32,000 bases of DNA from Alkalilimnicola ehrlichii MLHE-1 (GCF_000014785.1 NC_008340.1:1470001-1502000); one strand, 5' to 3'; counted from the first letter of the stretch, positions 8,581 through 18,096 are shown. Numbers and translations: made by a program. Notes: generated by a model not told the origin, from the sequence alone.

Positions 8581-9552
8581 ATGGAAGACACGCAGCCTGC
8601 CGGGCGTAGCCTGGAGCATATGCCGATTCCCTTGTTCGCGACGGTCATGGGGACCGCCGGGCTGACCCTGGCCTGGCGGGCGGCCGAGCAGGCTTGGGGC
8701 TGGTCCGCTGCGATCAGTACCACCCTGACCGCTGTCGTGGTCTTGCTCTTTCTTTTTCTTTCCGCGGCTTACAGCCTGAAATTCATCCGCTACCGAGAGG
8801 CGGTGAAGGCGGAGTTCCACCACCCCGTGAAGATGAACTTCTTTCCCGCCATCTCGATCAGCCTGGTGCTGGTGGCCATGTTGCTGCAGCCCCATGTGAC
8901 CTGGCTGGCGGGGCTGCTCTGGCTGGGGGGGGCGGCCCTGCATATCACCTTTACCCTGGTGGTGATGGGGATCTGGATCGGCCAGCGGCCCTTTCAGATT
9001 GCCCACATCAATCCGGCCTGGTTCATACCGGTGGTGGGCAACGTGCTGATGCCGCTGGCGGGGGTGCCGTTGGGCTTCGTGGAGCTCTCCTGGTTCTTCT
9101 TCAGTGTCGGGGTGGTCTTCTGGCTGGTGTTGATGACCCTGATGTTCTACCGGTTCATCTTTCACGACCCGCTGCCGGAACGGCTCCTGCCGACCCTGGC
9201 GATCCTGCTGGCGCCGCCCGCTGTGGGCTTTCTGGCCTGGACCCACCTGAACGGCGGAGAGATCAACGCCATGGGTCGGATCCTGTACTACACCGGGGCA
9301 TTCATCTTTCTGCTCCTGGTGCTTCGGGCCCGGGGCTTTGGCAGACTGCCCTTCTTCCTGTCCTGGTGGGCCTACTCCTTCCCGGTGGCCGCCTTCGCCA
9401 TTGCCACCGTGACCATGGCCGGCATGGTGCCCTCCACCTTCTTGGCCATTGCCGGCGCGCTGCTGGTGCTGCTGACCACGGTGTTGGTGATCGCGCTGGT
9501 GGTGATGACGTTGAAGGCGGCGCGAGCCGGTAAGATCTGCGTGCCGGAGTAG
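8581..9552 (+). CDS. SLAC1/TehA family anion-channel-like protein
   Basis: MPIPLFATVMGTAGLTLAWRAAE and HINPAWFIPVVGNVLMPLAG motifs in a ~10-helix protein. ATG at 8581 gives MEDTQPAG; the track start 8482 adds a non-conserved-looking leader. Confidence 0.85.
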   Translation: MEDTQPAGRSLEHMPIPLFATVMGTAGLTLAWRAAEQAWGWSAAISTTLTAVVVLLFLFLSAAYSLKFIRYREAVKAEFHHPVKMNFFPAISISLVLVAMLLQPHVTWLAGLLWLGGAALHITFTLVVMGIWIGQRPFQIAHINPAWFIPVVGNVLMPLAGVPLGFVELSWFFFSVGVVFWLVLMTLMFYRFIFHDPLPERLLPTLAILLAPPAVGFLAWTHLNGGEINAMGRILYYTGAFIFLLLVLRARGFGRLPFFLSWWAYSFPVAAFAIATVTMAGMVPSTFLAIAGALLVLLTTVLVIALVVMTLKAARAGKICVPE

Positions 9553-9585
9553 GCCGGCGCGCACCAGGGCATCGCCCGGGGGGTG

Positions 9586-10551
9586 TTACAGCGGGACCGG
9601 GCCGCGGTCGTGGGGGATGCTGTAGTCCACCGCGGGCCCTGCCGGGATGATCCGGGTGGGGTTGATCATGGGGTGGCTGGTAAAGTAGTGCCGTTTGATA
9701 TGGTCCAGGTTGACAGTCTCTGCCACCCGTTCCACCTGGTAGAGCTGCCGGGTATAGGCCCAGAGGTTGGGGTAGTCGACCAACCGGCGGACATTGCACT
9801 TGAAATGCCCCACGTACACCGGATCGAAGCGGACCAGGGTGGTGAACAGGCGCCAGTCCGCCTCGGTCACCCGATCGCCCGCCAGGTAGGGCTGGCGGGA
9901 CAGCCGCTCCTCCAGTTCGTCCAGCGCCGCGAAGAGGGCGCCGACGGCCTCCTCGTAGGCGTCCTGGCGGGTGGCGAAGCCGGCCTTGTAGACGCCGTTA
10001 TTGATCCGGTCGTAGACGAAGGCATTGACCCGGTCGATCTGTTCGCGCAACGCGGCGGGATAGAAGTCGCGGTCGGCGCGCCCAAAGGCATCAAAGGCGC
10101 TGTTGAGCATGCGGACGATCTCAGCCGACTCGTTGTTGACGATGGTGCCGGCCACTTTGTCCCACAGGGTCGGCACCGTGACCCGGCCGGTATAGTCGGG
10201 CCGGGCCTTCAGATAGACCTGGTGCAGGTAGCGACAACCGTTGACCCGGTCTTCACTGGCCCCCGGGTAGTTGGAGAAGTGCCAGCCCCCCTCACCCATG
10301 TAGGGGTCCACCACGGAGACGTCGATGACGTCCTCCAGCCCCTTGAGGTGACGCAGGATCAGCGTCCGGTGGGCCCAGGGGCAGGCCAGCGAGACGTGGA
10401 GGTGGTAACGGCCCGGTTCGGCCGGAAAGCCGGAGCGGCCGTCAGCGGTGACCCAGTCGCGAAACCGGGTCTCCGGCCGCTCGAAGCGGCCACCGGTGCG
10501 TTCGGTGTCGTACCAGTCTTCCTGCCAGACGCCGTCGACCAACAGGCCCAT
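9586..10551 (-). CDS. yqjG: Glutathione S-transferase family protein, glutathionyl-hydroquinone reductase type
   Basis: Contains LHVSLACPWAHRTLILRHLKGLEDVI (CPWA active-site Cys), VPTLWDKVAGTIVNNESAEIVRMLN and VTEADWRLFTTLVRFDPVYVGHFKCN. Confidence 0.9.
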   Translation of the reverse strand: MGLLVDGVWQEDWYDTERTGGRFERPETRFRDWVTADGRSGFPAEPGRYHLHVSLACPWAHRTLILRHLKGLEDVIDVSVVDPYMGEGGWHFSNYPGASEDRVNGCRYLHQVYLKARPDYTGRVTVPTLWDKVAGTIVNNESAEIVRMLNSAFDAFGRADRDFYPAALREQIDRVNAFVYDRINNGVYKAGFATRQDAYEEAVGALFAALDELEERLSRQPYLAGDRVTEADWRLFTTLVRFDPVYVGHFKCNVRRLVDYPNLWAYTRQLYQVERVAETVNLDHIKRHYFTSHPMINPTRIIPAGPAVDYSIPHDRGPVPL

Positions 10552-10577
10552 GCCGATACCTCGCGGTCCAGGCGGGC

Positions 10578-11186
10578 TCAGCCCGCGAGCTTCTGAGTGA
10601 TCTCCGCCACGTGGCGGCCCTGGAAGCGGGCGATGGTCAGCTCATTCTCGCTGGGCTGACGGCTGCCATCGGGACCGGCCAGGGTCGAGGCCCCGTACGG
10701 GGTGCCGCCGGTGATTTCGTCCATATTGGTCAGGGCGGCGCAGCTATAGGGCACGCCCACGATGACCATCCCGTGGTGCATCAGGGTGGTCTGCATCGAG
10801 GTCAGGGTGGTCTCCTGCCCGCCGTGCTGAGAGCCGGTGGAGGTGAAGACGCTGCCCACCTTGCCGATCAGCTTGCCCTGGGCCCAGAGGCCGCCGGTCT
10901 GATCCAGAAAGTTGCGCATCTGCCCGGCCATGTTCCCGAACCGGGTCGGGGAGCCGAAGATGATGCCGTCGTAGTCGGCCAGCTCCTCCGGTCGCGCCAC
11001 CGGGGTATCATCCGCAGGGGCGCCGGCCTTCCGCAGGGCCTCCTCGCTCATCAACTCGGGGACACGCTTGATGTCCACGGTGGTGCCGCTCACCTCGCGG
11101 CTGCCTTCAGCCACGGCATCGGCCATGGTTCGGATATGGCCGTACATGCTGTAGTACAGCACCAGGATCTTAGCCATGTTGCCCAC
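10578..11186 (-). CDS. wrbA: NAD(P)H:quinone oxidoreductase, WrbA flavodoxin family
   Basis: [51 protein letters not shown] and [37 protein letters not shown] are diagnostic of WrbA. Confidence 0.95.
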
Positions 11187-11249
11187 TCCTCATCGCTTGC
11201 GGTCATCGGTGGCGCGAGCGACAGGGCCGGAGGGCCCGGCGTCGCCCGG

Positions 11250-12512
11250 CTATATCAGACCGTGGAAGGGTTGGACCATCACGGTCTCGCCGGCTTCCAC
11301 GTTCCCTGCATTGTACGGCAGCACGATGAAGCAATTGGCCCGCGAGACGGAACTCAGTATCCCGGAGCCCTGGGCGCCGGTGGTGCGCACCTGCGGCTGG
11401 CCGTTATCGTCCCAGGTGAGGATGCCCCGTTGGAACTCCATGCGGCCGGGCCGCTTGCGCAGCGGCTCGGCGCAACGGACCGGGAAAAGCTGGTCCGGCT
11501 CCGGTTGCGCGCCCATCATGTGCAGCAGGGCGGGGCGCACGATCTGGTACCAGGTGGCCATCACCGAGACCGGGTTGCCGGGCAGGCCGAAGAAGACCGC
11601 GCGGCCCACCTTGCCGTAGGCCAGCGGCCGTCCGGGACGCAGGGCCACCTTCCAGAAATCCACCTGGCCCAGGGCATCCAGGGTGTCCTTGACGTAGTCG
11701 GCCTCGCCCACGGAGACGCCGCCGGAGGTGACCAGCACGTCGGCGAACGCCGAGGCCTCGCGAAAGGCGCGCTGAAGGCTCTCGTGGTCGTCGCCGATGA
11801 CGCCCATGTCCACCGTCTCCACCCCGAGCCGTTGCATGGCGGCGAACAGGGTGTAGCGGTTGGAGTCATAGATCTGTCCGGGGCCCAGGGGCTGCCCCAC
11901 CCCTTGCAGTTCATCGCCGGTGGAGAAAAAGGCCACCCGCAGGCGACGGAATACCGAGACCTCCACCAGGCCTGACGAGGCCATGACCCCGAGTTCCGCC
12001 GGGCCGACGCGCTGCCCGGCGGCGAGGACGCGCTCCCCCTCAGCCAGGTCCTCGCCGGCCCGGCGCACATGGTTGCCGGCCCGGTGGGGTGCCTGAACAC
12101 GGATCAGGTCGCCGGTGCGTTCGGCCTGCTCCTGCATGATGACGGTATCGCCGCCGGCCGGCATCGGCGCGCCGGTCATGATGCGCAGGCATTCACCCGC
12201 GCCCAGCGTGCCCTCGTAGGTCTCGCCGGCCAGGACCCGTCCGACCACCCGCAGTTCCGTGGGGCCCTCACCGGCGACGTCCGCGGCACGCACGGCGTAT
12301 CCGTCCATGGCCGAGTTGTCGTGGGCTGGGACCGGCACCGGGGAGTGGACGTCCTCGGCCAGGATGCGGTGCAGGGCGTCGCGCAGGGCCACGCGCTCGC
12401 GGACCGTGACCGGCTGAATACCCCCCTTGATACGTGCCCGGGCCTCTTCCACCGGCAGACCACCGGCATGGTTGTCACAACAGGATTGGCTAGCGTTTGC
12501 GGTTTCACTCAT
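11250..12512 (-). CDS. moeA: Molybdopterin molybdotransferase
   Basis: Contains PAHDNSAMDGYAVRA, RIMTGAPMPAGGDTVIMQE, STGDEL, IYDSNRYTL, TSGGVSVGEADYV and GLPGNPVSVMA. Confidence 0.96.
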   Translation of the reverse strand: MSETANASQSCCDNHAGGLPVEEARARIKGGIQPVTVRERVALRDALHRILAEDVHSPVPVPAHDNSAMDGYAVRAADVAGEGPTELRVVGRVLAGETYEGTLGAGECLRIMTGAPMPAGGDTVIMQEQAERTGDLIRVQAPHRAGNHVRRAGEDLAEGERVLAAGQRVGPAELGVMASSGLVEVSVFRRLRVAFFSTGDELQGVGQPLGPGQIYDSNRYTLFAAMQRLGVETVDMGVIGDDHESLQRAFREASAFADVLVTSGGVSVGEADYVKDTLDALGQVDFWKVALRPGRPLAYGKVGRAVFFGLPGNPVSVMATWYQIVRPALLHMMGAQPEPDQLFPVRCAEPLRKRPGRMEFQRGILTWDDNGQPQVRTTGAQGSGILSSVSRANCFIVLPYNAGNVEAGETVMVQPFHGLI

Positions 12513-12556
12513 GATGTATCTGTTCTGGTTGCCTGATGATCGTTGAAGGAGGGATG

Positions 12557-12772
12557 GTGATGTTGGACGAAGACGCCCTTAATCAGCAGATCCGTAAGTT
12601 CCTCAAGCAGGTGGGTGTGACCTCTCAGCATGAGATTGAGAGAGCGGTACGGGCGGGACTGGAGAACGGCAGCCTGAAGCCGGGCGACACCCTGCGCGCG
12701 AAGGTCCGCCTGACCGTGGACGGTGCCGGTGTCGACCACGAGGTTGCCGCGGACTTGGAGCTCAAGGGCTGA
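12557..12772 (+). CDS. DUF6494-like small protein
   Basis: MLDEDALNQQIRKFLKQVGVTSQHEIERAVRAGLENGSLKPGDTLRAKVRLTVDG... resembles DUF6494. Start could be 12536, 12551 (GTG) or an ATG near 12557. Confidence 0.75.
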   Translation: MMLDEDALNQQIRKFLKQVGVTSQHEIERAVRAGLENGSLKPGDTLRAKVRLTVDGAGVDHEVAADLELKG

Positions 12773-12812
12773 CGGCAGGCGGGGCTGCGCAATCCGGGAC
12801 CGGCGGACGGGG

Positions 12813-13811
12813 TCAGCCGCCGGTCATGTTCATGTGGCGCATGATCACCGGCTTGGCGGCCAGGTTGAAGTCGTGACCCTTGGGCTTGATGGCCATGGCA
12901 TCACGGATGGCCTGCTTGACTGGCTCCAGTTCGCCGGGGTGGGCGCGCAGCACCCGGCGCAGGTCCACCGAATGCTCCTGGCCCAGACAGAGCAGCAGCC
13001 GCCCCTCGGTGGTGACCCGAACCCGGTTACAGCTCTCACAGAAGTTATGGCTGTGCGGCGAGATGAAGCCGACCTTGCTGTCGGTGCCGCTGACCTTGAA
13101 GTAGCGCGACGGCCCCCCGGTGGTAGCGGTGGAGGGGACCAGGGAATAGCGCGTGCTGATGCGCTCGCGCACCTCGTCGCTGGACATATAGACCTCGGCG
13201 CGGTCGTGGTCGTCGATCTCACCCAGCGGCATCTCCTCGATGAAGCTGATGTCCAGGCCCCGTGCGACCACGAAATCGACCAGGTCCAGGATTTCATCGT
13301 CGTTGCGGTTCTTCATCGCCACGGTGTTGATCTTGATGCGGTCGAAACCCGCCTCACGAGCCGCCTCGATCCCCTCCAGCACCTTGGCCAGTTTGCCGGT
13401 GCGGGTGATGCGGTGAAAGCGGTCCGGATCGAGGCTGTCCAGGCTGATGTTGAGTCGCCGGACCCCGGCCCGGCGGAGCGACTCGGCATAGCGCGGCAGC
13501 TGTGAGCCATTGGTGGTCATCACCAGCTCGCGCAGACCGGGCAGGGCCCCCAAGGACTGGAACAGGGTCATCACATTGCTGCGCACCAGTGGCTCACCGC
13601 CGGTGATTCGGATCTTGTCGACGCCCAACTCCGTGAAAGCACGCCCCAGGGTCGCCAGCTCCTCCAGGGTGAGGATCTGTGCCCGAGGGAGGAACTGCAT
13701 GTCCTCGCTCATGCAGTAGACGCAGCGGAAGTCGCAGCGGTCGGTCACGGACATGCGGACATAAGTGACCCGGCGTCCGAAGCGGTCGATCAGCTGACTG
13801 TCGGTGGTCAT
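12813..13811 (-). CDS. moaA: GTP 3',8-cyclase (radical SAM molybdenum cofactor biosynthesis protein A)
   Basis: [34 protein letters not shown] contains the radical-SAM CxxxCxxC. Also [14 protein letters not shown]-terminal Cys cluster [20 protein letters not shown], and a terminal GG. Start set to ATG at 13811; the track start 13952 is unlikely. Confidence 0.96.
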   Translation of the reverse strand: MTTDSQLIDRFGRRVTYVRMSVTDRCDFRCVYCMSEDMQFLPRAQILTLEELATLGRAFTELGVDKIRITGGEPLVRSNVMTLFQSLGALPGLRELVMTTNGSQLPRYAESLRRAGVRRLNISLDSLDPDRFHRITRTGKLAKVLEGIEAAREAGFDRIKINTVAMKNRNDDEILDLVDFVVARGLDISFIEEMPLGEIDDHDRAEVYMSSDEVRERISTRYSLVPSTATTGGPSRYFKVSGTDSKVGFISPHSHNFCESCNRVRVTTEGRLLLCLGQEHSVDLRRVLRAHPGELEPVKQAIRDAMAIKPKGHDFNLAAKPVIMRHMNMTGG

Positions 13812-14059
13812 TTCGGGTAGTCCTTCAGCGTCGGGCCCACACGCGGCGGCGGGCAACAAACCAGGCATCGCTGTCGGGAGTATCGCGCAATGCGGCCAGG
13901 CTATCAATTGATCCGTGGCTGGATTCCGGGGTGCAGCATGGATGTTGACCACGATGTTCGCGGCGGGTTGGTGAAAAATTAACCATCGCCTTCTAAACTT
14001 GCGAGATGAGTCAGTGTTTCCCTAGTGCAGCAATCTGCTACCGACTATCAGGAGCATAG

Positions 14060-14602
14060 ATGAACCAGAACGCGGAATCAGCCGCCACGCTCGACGGCCG
14101 CCGGGAGCTCCCGGTCGCGGTGGTCATGGCCGAAGTCATCCGGGGAGAAACCCGGGGCGGGTGGCCGGTCGGTGTCGTCGCCGGGGGCCGGTTTGCGGCC
14201 GCAGAGCCCAGTCGCACCCTGATGCGGGAGGGGCCTGACGGACGGCAATGGCTTTGGCAAGGGTTCCGGCTGCGGCTCCGGCCTCAGGATGCCGGGGATT
14301 ACGCCCTCAATCTGGGCAGCGACCGGCCCACGGTCTTCGTGGTCTGCAAGCGCGTCGCGGACGGCGAACTGCGCCCGCTCAGCACCACCGTCAGCCTGGC
14401 CGAGGCGCAGGATCTCGACGCACCGGAGCTGCGGGACCACTCAGAGCAGGTGTATCGGGTGGCGATGCCCGGCGAGGTGTACCACTGGGTCGAGCACTTC
14501 GTGTTGGATCACTACCAGCCCCGCCGGCGCAAGGGCAAGCGGCGCCGGCGCAACGCCGAGTACGACGATGTGGAACAGCGCGCGGACCGCGCGCCACGCT
14601 GA
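14060..14602 (+). CDS. DUF3305-like protein, formate dehydrogenase-associated
   Basis: VAVVMAEVIRGETRGGWPVGVVAG...LMREGPDGRQWLWQGFRLRLRPQDAGDYALNLGSDRPTVFVVCKRVADGELRPLSTTVSLAEAQ...VYRVAMPGEVYHWVEHFVLDHYQP resembles DUF3305. Confidence 0.8.
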   Translation: MNQNAESAATLDGRRELPVAVVMAEVIRGETRGGWPVGVVAGGRFAAAEPSRTLMREGPDGRQWLWQGFRLRLRPQDAGDYALNLGSDRPTVFVVCKRVADGELRPLSTTVSLAEAQDLDAPELRDHSEQVYRVAMPGEVYHWVEHFVLDHYQPRRRKGKRRRRNAEYDDVEQRADRAPR

Positions 14603-14637
14603 CCTTCGGATCCAAACCAGAATCAGAGCGAGCACAG

Positions 14638-15303
14638 ATGAGCGAAGAGCGTTACCGCAACGACCTCACCGACGATCCTTCGGGGCTGCTCCGGCGCTGG
14701 TCTCGGCGCAAGCACCAGGTGCAGCGGGGCGAGGAGGGCACGGCACCCGGGCGGGCCCCGGAGGCGCGGGAGGGCATGGAGGCTGCCGCGCCGGATCCGG
14801 TGCCCGTGGGTGACCGGATTGACCCGCGTACGGGCAAACGGATCGATGAGCTGACCGATGACGACATGCCGCCGCTGGAGACCTTGGGCGCAAGCAGTGA
14901 CCTGAGCTGTTTCTGGTCGCGGGGCGTCAGTGAGGCCCTGCGCCATGCGGCCCTGCGCCAGGTATTCCGCTCGCCGAAGTATAACGTGGTGGACACCCTC
15001 TGCGAGTACTCGGGGGATTACACCCGCTACGAGCCGCTGGGGGAGGTGGTCACCCACGATATGAAACGTCAGATCGCCCGCCTTGCCGAGCGTGAGCGCG
15101 AACGGGAGCGGGCGAGAGCGGAGGAGGCAGAGGCGCCGGCAGGGGCCGAGGAGGCCGTTGCCGACAGTGAAGAGCGGGCGCCAGGGCCGGCCGCGGAGGC
15201 CGGCGAGACGCCGGTGGCGGAGCACGTGGACGGCGCAGAGGCAGCGCAGCGGCAAGCGGACCGGGTGCCGTCGCCCCCGGCCCGCGATCACGACCACGGC
15301 TGA
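14638..15303 (+). CDS. DUF3306-like protein, formate dehydrogenase-associated
   Basis: MSEERYRNDLTDDPSGLLRRWSRRKHQV...LTDDDMPPLETLGASSDLSCFWSRGVSEALRHAALRQVFRSPKYNVVDTLCEYSGDYTRYEPLG resembles DUF3306. The upstream part of the track ORF (14248-14637) overlaps the DUF3305-like gene in another frame. Confidence 0.85.
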   Translation: MSEERYRNDLTDDPSGLLRRWSRRKHQVQRGEEGTAPGRAPEAREGMEAAAPDPVPVGDRIDPRTGKRIDELTDDDMPPLETLGASSDLSCFWSRGVSEALRHAALRQVFRSPKYNVVDTLCEYSGDYTRYEPLGEVVTHDMKRQIARLAERERERERARAEEAEAPAGAEEAVADSEERAPGPAAEAGETPVAEHVDGAEAAQRQADRVPSPPARDHDHG

Positions 15304-15342
15304 GGAGCGGTGGCCCCGGCATCGGGCCGCCGTACCCCGAAA

Positions 15343-15359
15343 CTGGCACGGGGGTTGCA
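15343..15359 (+). promoter_or_regulatory. Sigma-54 (RpoN) promoter, -24/-12 elements
   Basis: CTGGCACGGGGGTTGCA is a full match to consensus YTGGCACG-N4-TTGCW. GG and GC dinucleotides are separated by exactly 10 nt, in a non-coding gap 66 bp upstream of the polyferredoxin start. Confidence 0.85.
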
Positions 15360-15424
15360 ATAACCCGGGCAGAGCCAAGCCCAACCTATACGTCACTACT
15401 CAGGCTGGCCGACAGAGAGACCGT

Positions 15425-17125
15425 ATGAACACAGCGTATTGGACTGAAGCCGTCGAGGCCCCGGCCCGGCGGGTCACGGACCCGCCCAGGAGCGCGGCGA
15501 TTACCGCATTTTACGAAGTGGAACAGGTTCCTACGTCACTGGTGGAGTTCCGCTCCCGCGGCCTTGTGCTGGTGGTCGGGACGCTGGAGCGGGTGCGCGA
15601 CGTGGCCGACCGGCTGCCGGTTGAGGTCCCGTCGGTGCTGTTGGCCACGGATGTCCCCGGCCCGGAAAAGGGGGCGCGGGGTCAACGGATCATTTGCGGC
15701 AAACTGTCGCACCTGACGGGCTATCTGGGTCGTTTCGACGCGTTCCTGAGCGGGCCCGGTGGCGCGGCGGTGAATCTGGCCGAACTGGCCGGCCTGGAGC
15801 AACCGCACTTCGATCTGGTGCTGGATCTGGCCGCCGATCCGCTGTTCGGGGTGGAAACGCCGCCGCTGGGTTATTTCCGGCCGGAGTCGGACGCGGAGCT
15901 GGCCGAGGCCCTGGCGCTGTTGCCGGAGATGGCCGGCCAGTTCGACAAACCCAAGTTTTTCAACCTGGACACCGACATCTGCGCCCACGGCGCCAGCGGC
16001 CTGACCGGCTGCACACGCTGCCTGGATGGCTGTACCACCGGCGCCATCACCTCGCTGGGCGATATGATCGAGGTGAACCCCTACCTCTGCCAGGGGGTGG
16101 GGGTGTGCGTCAGCGCCTGCCCCTCGGGGGCCTTGAGCTACGCCTTCCCCCAGCCGCGTGATCTGCTCAAGGCGATCAAGGCGGCCTTGGCCGCCTACTT
16201 CGAGGCCGGCGGCAAACGGCCGGTGATCGCCCTGCACGATGAGCAGCTGGGCGCGCGCTACCTGGGTGAGCGTATGGCCCAGGCGCCGGAGAACCTCATC
16301 CCGGTGCAGGTCGAGGAGACCGCTTCGGTGGGGATGGACGTCTGGCTGGCGGCCCTGGCGTACGGTGCCGCCGGGGTGATCCTGTACACCACCCCCGCCG
16401 TCCCCCAGCGGGTCACCCGGGAGCTGGATCGCCAGCTCGACTACGCCCGCAGCATCCTGACCGGAATGGGGCACGCGCCCGGGCGGTTGAGTCGGGTGCT
16501 TCTGGACGACGGGGCCGGTGACGATCCCTTCGCCGCGGCCCGCCAGCCGGCCGCGGACTGGCCGCCGGCCTCGTTCCTGACCTTCAACGCCAAACGCAAC
16601 ACCCTCGGCCTGGCCCTCGACCACCTGTTCCGTAACGCCCCGGCGCCCGCCCGCGAGGTGGCGCTGGCCCCGGGGGCCCCCTTTGGCGAGGTGTTGGTGA
16701 ATACCGACGCCTGCACCCTGTGCATGGCCTGTGCGCAGGTCTGTCCCAGCAGTGCGCTGACCGACAACCCGGAATCGGTGCAACTGCGCTTCATCGAGGA
16801 CAACTGTGTCCAGTGCGGGCTGTGTCAGACCGCCTGCCCGGAGGAGGCGGTCAGCCTGCGGCCGCGGCTGCTGTATGACGGCCCCGAGCGCCGGCAGGCG
16901 CGGGTATTGAATGAAGAGGCGCCATTCCACTGCGTCAGTTGCGGGGCGCCCTTCGCCACCGCCAGTGTCATCACCCGGATGCTCGACCAGTTGAGCGGGC
17001 ACCGCATGTTCCAGTCGGAGGAGCAGCAGCGGCGGTTGCAGATGTGCGGCGACTGCCGGGTCAGGGACATGTTCCGCAAAGAGCAACAGGGCGAGGTCTT
17101 CGGCGACCAGGGAGGTGTGCAATGA
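15425..17125 (+). CDS. Multi-[4Fe-4S] ferredoxin-like protein (polyferredoxin) of the formate dehydrogenase locus
   Basis: Cys clusters CTRCLDGCTTGAI, CQGVGVCVSACPSGAL, CTLCMACAQVCPSSAL and CVQCGLCQTACPEEAV, plus a C-terminal CVSCGAPF...CGDCRVRDMF pair. ATG at 15425 (MNTAYWTEAVEAP). Confidence 0.88.
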   Translation: MNTAYWTEAVEAPARRVTDPPRSAAITAFYEVEQVPTSLVEFRSRGLVLVVGTLERVRDVADRLPVEVPSVLLATDVPGPEKGARGQRIICGKLSHLTGYLGRFDAFLSGPGGAAVNLAELAGLEQPHFDLVLDLAADPLFGVETPPLGYFRPESDAELAEALALLPEMAGQFDKPKFFNLDTDICAHGASGLTGCTRCLDGCTTGAITSLGDMIEVNPYLCQGVGVCVSACPSGALSYAFPQPRDLLKAIKAALAAYFEAGGKRPVIALHDEQLGARYLGERMAQAPENLIPVQVEETASVGMDVWLAALAYGAAGVILYTTPAVPQRVTRELDRQLDYARSILTGMGHAPGRLSRVLLDDGAGDDPFAAARQPAADWPPASFLTFNAKRNTLGLALDHLFRNAPAPAREVALAPGAPFGEVLVNTDACTLCMACAQVCPSSALTDNPESVQLRFIEDNCVQCGLCQTACPEEAVSLRPRLLYDGPERRQARVLNEEAPFHCVSCGAPFATASVITRMLDQLSGHRMFQSEEQQRRLQMCGDCRVRDMFRKEQQGEVFGDQGGVQ

Positions 17126-17745
17126 AGGGGGCTGCGCAAATGCCGACGGAGGCCCGGGATTCGGACCAGACGCTGCGGGCGGCCACCTGGCAGTTGCTGG
17201 GAACGTTGCTGGCGGCGCCACCGGAAGAGTCGCTCCTGAAGGAACTGCGTCAGATCCGACCGGAGTCGGCGCCGGAGCATGCGGACCGGACATTGATGAA
17301 CGAAGGCTGGCGCGCCCTGAACGAGATGGCCGAGGGGTATACCCCGGCCAGCCTCGCGACCGAGTATCAGGATCTGTTCATCGGCGCGCCGGAGGGGGAG
17401 CTGGTGCCCTATGCCTCCTGGTACCTCACCGGCTCGCTGATGGAACGCCCGCTGGTCCGGCTGCGCGCGGACCTGCAGGCGCTGGGCATCGTGCGCCAGG
17501 ACGGGGTCACGGAGCCGGAGGACCATGCCGGGGCCCTGTGCGAGATCATGGCGTTCCTGGTCAGCGATCCGGACACGCCCCTGGCCGAGGAGAAGCGCTT
17601 TTTCCAGACCCATATTGAACCTTGGATGGGCCGTCTGATGGAGGACCTTCAGACGGCGAACAGCGCCCGCGGCTACCGCGCCGTGGGGGTTTTCGGCGAG
17701 CGCTATCTGGCGCTCGAGGATCGTTATCTGAAGATGCTCGCCTAA
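17122..17745 (+). CDS. TorD/DmsD-family molybdoenzyme maturation chaperone
   Basis: YQDLFIGAPEGELVPYASWYLTGSLMERPLVRLRADLQALGI...EPEDHAGALCEIMAFLV is the TorD-type signature. ATG 17122 overlaps the upstream stop codon. Confidence 0.9.
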   Translation: MKGAAQMPTEARDSDQTLRAATWQLLGTLLAAPPEESLLKELRQIRPESAPEHADRTLMNEGWRALNEMAEGYTPASLATEYQDLFIGAPEGELVPYASWYLTGSLMERPLVRLRADLQALGIVRQDGVTEPEDHAGALCEIMAFLVSDPDTPLAEEKRFFQTHIEPWMGRLMEDLQTANSARGYRAVGVFGERYLALEDRYLKMLA

Positions 17746-17809
17746 GTGGGGCGGCCGTCGAGTTGGTCTGACCCTAATGGTCATCGTTGAAGTCGGGAGG
17801 GTGATAGCC

Positions 17810-18028
17810 ATGAAGTCGCAGAGCGCGGAACAGAACGTACGCAAGGATCGGCGGCGGTTCATGAAGACGGTGGCGCTGGGTGGTGCCACGGTGGGGCTGG
17901 GCAGCACCGCGGCCGGGGCCTTTGCCCTGGAGCCGGCGGAAGCGTCCGTGCAGGCCCCGGCCGGGACCAAGCCGGGTTACCGGGTCACCGAGCACGTCAG
18001 CACTTATTACAGCAAGGCCGATTTCTGA
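17810..18028 (+). CDS. Small Tat-signal-containing formate dehydrogenase-associated protein (FdhX-like)
   Basis: MKSQSAEQNVRKDRRRFMKTVALGGATVGLGSTAAGAFA... contains a Tat motif (DRRRFMK) and ends GYRVTEHVSTYYSKADF. Immediately upstream of the FDH alpha gene. Confidence 0.82.
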   Translation: MKSQSAEQNVRKDRRRFMKTVALGGATVGLGSTAAGAFALEPAEASVQAPAGTKPGYRVTEHVSTYYSKADF

Positions 18029-18096
18029 CGCGGCCCGGTCAACGGTTGTTGCATTTCGAGGAAGCGGGCGAGCCCCGCGACTGGAGGAGACTGATC

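Noticed and set aside
10611-11975. 454-aa plus-strand ORF antisense to WrbA and MoeA
   Set aside because: It runs across two well-supported genes and their intergenic gap; typical antisense-frame composition.
13903-13912. ATCAATTGAT palindrome upstream of moaA as a possible FNR-like site
   Set aside because: It lacks the TTGAT-N4-ATCAA arrangement; a 10-bp palindrome can occur by chance.
14248-14637. N-terminal extension of the DUF3306-like ORF as given in the track
   Set aside because: It overlaps the DUF3305-like gene in another frame; family-like sequence begins at ATG 14638 (MSEERYRNDL).
15536-17293. 585-aa minus-strand ORF antisense to the polyferredoxin and TorD genes
   Set aside because: Mirror of validated Cys-rich coding sequence; Pro/Gln/His/Arg-rich artefact of high GC content.
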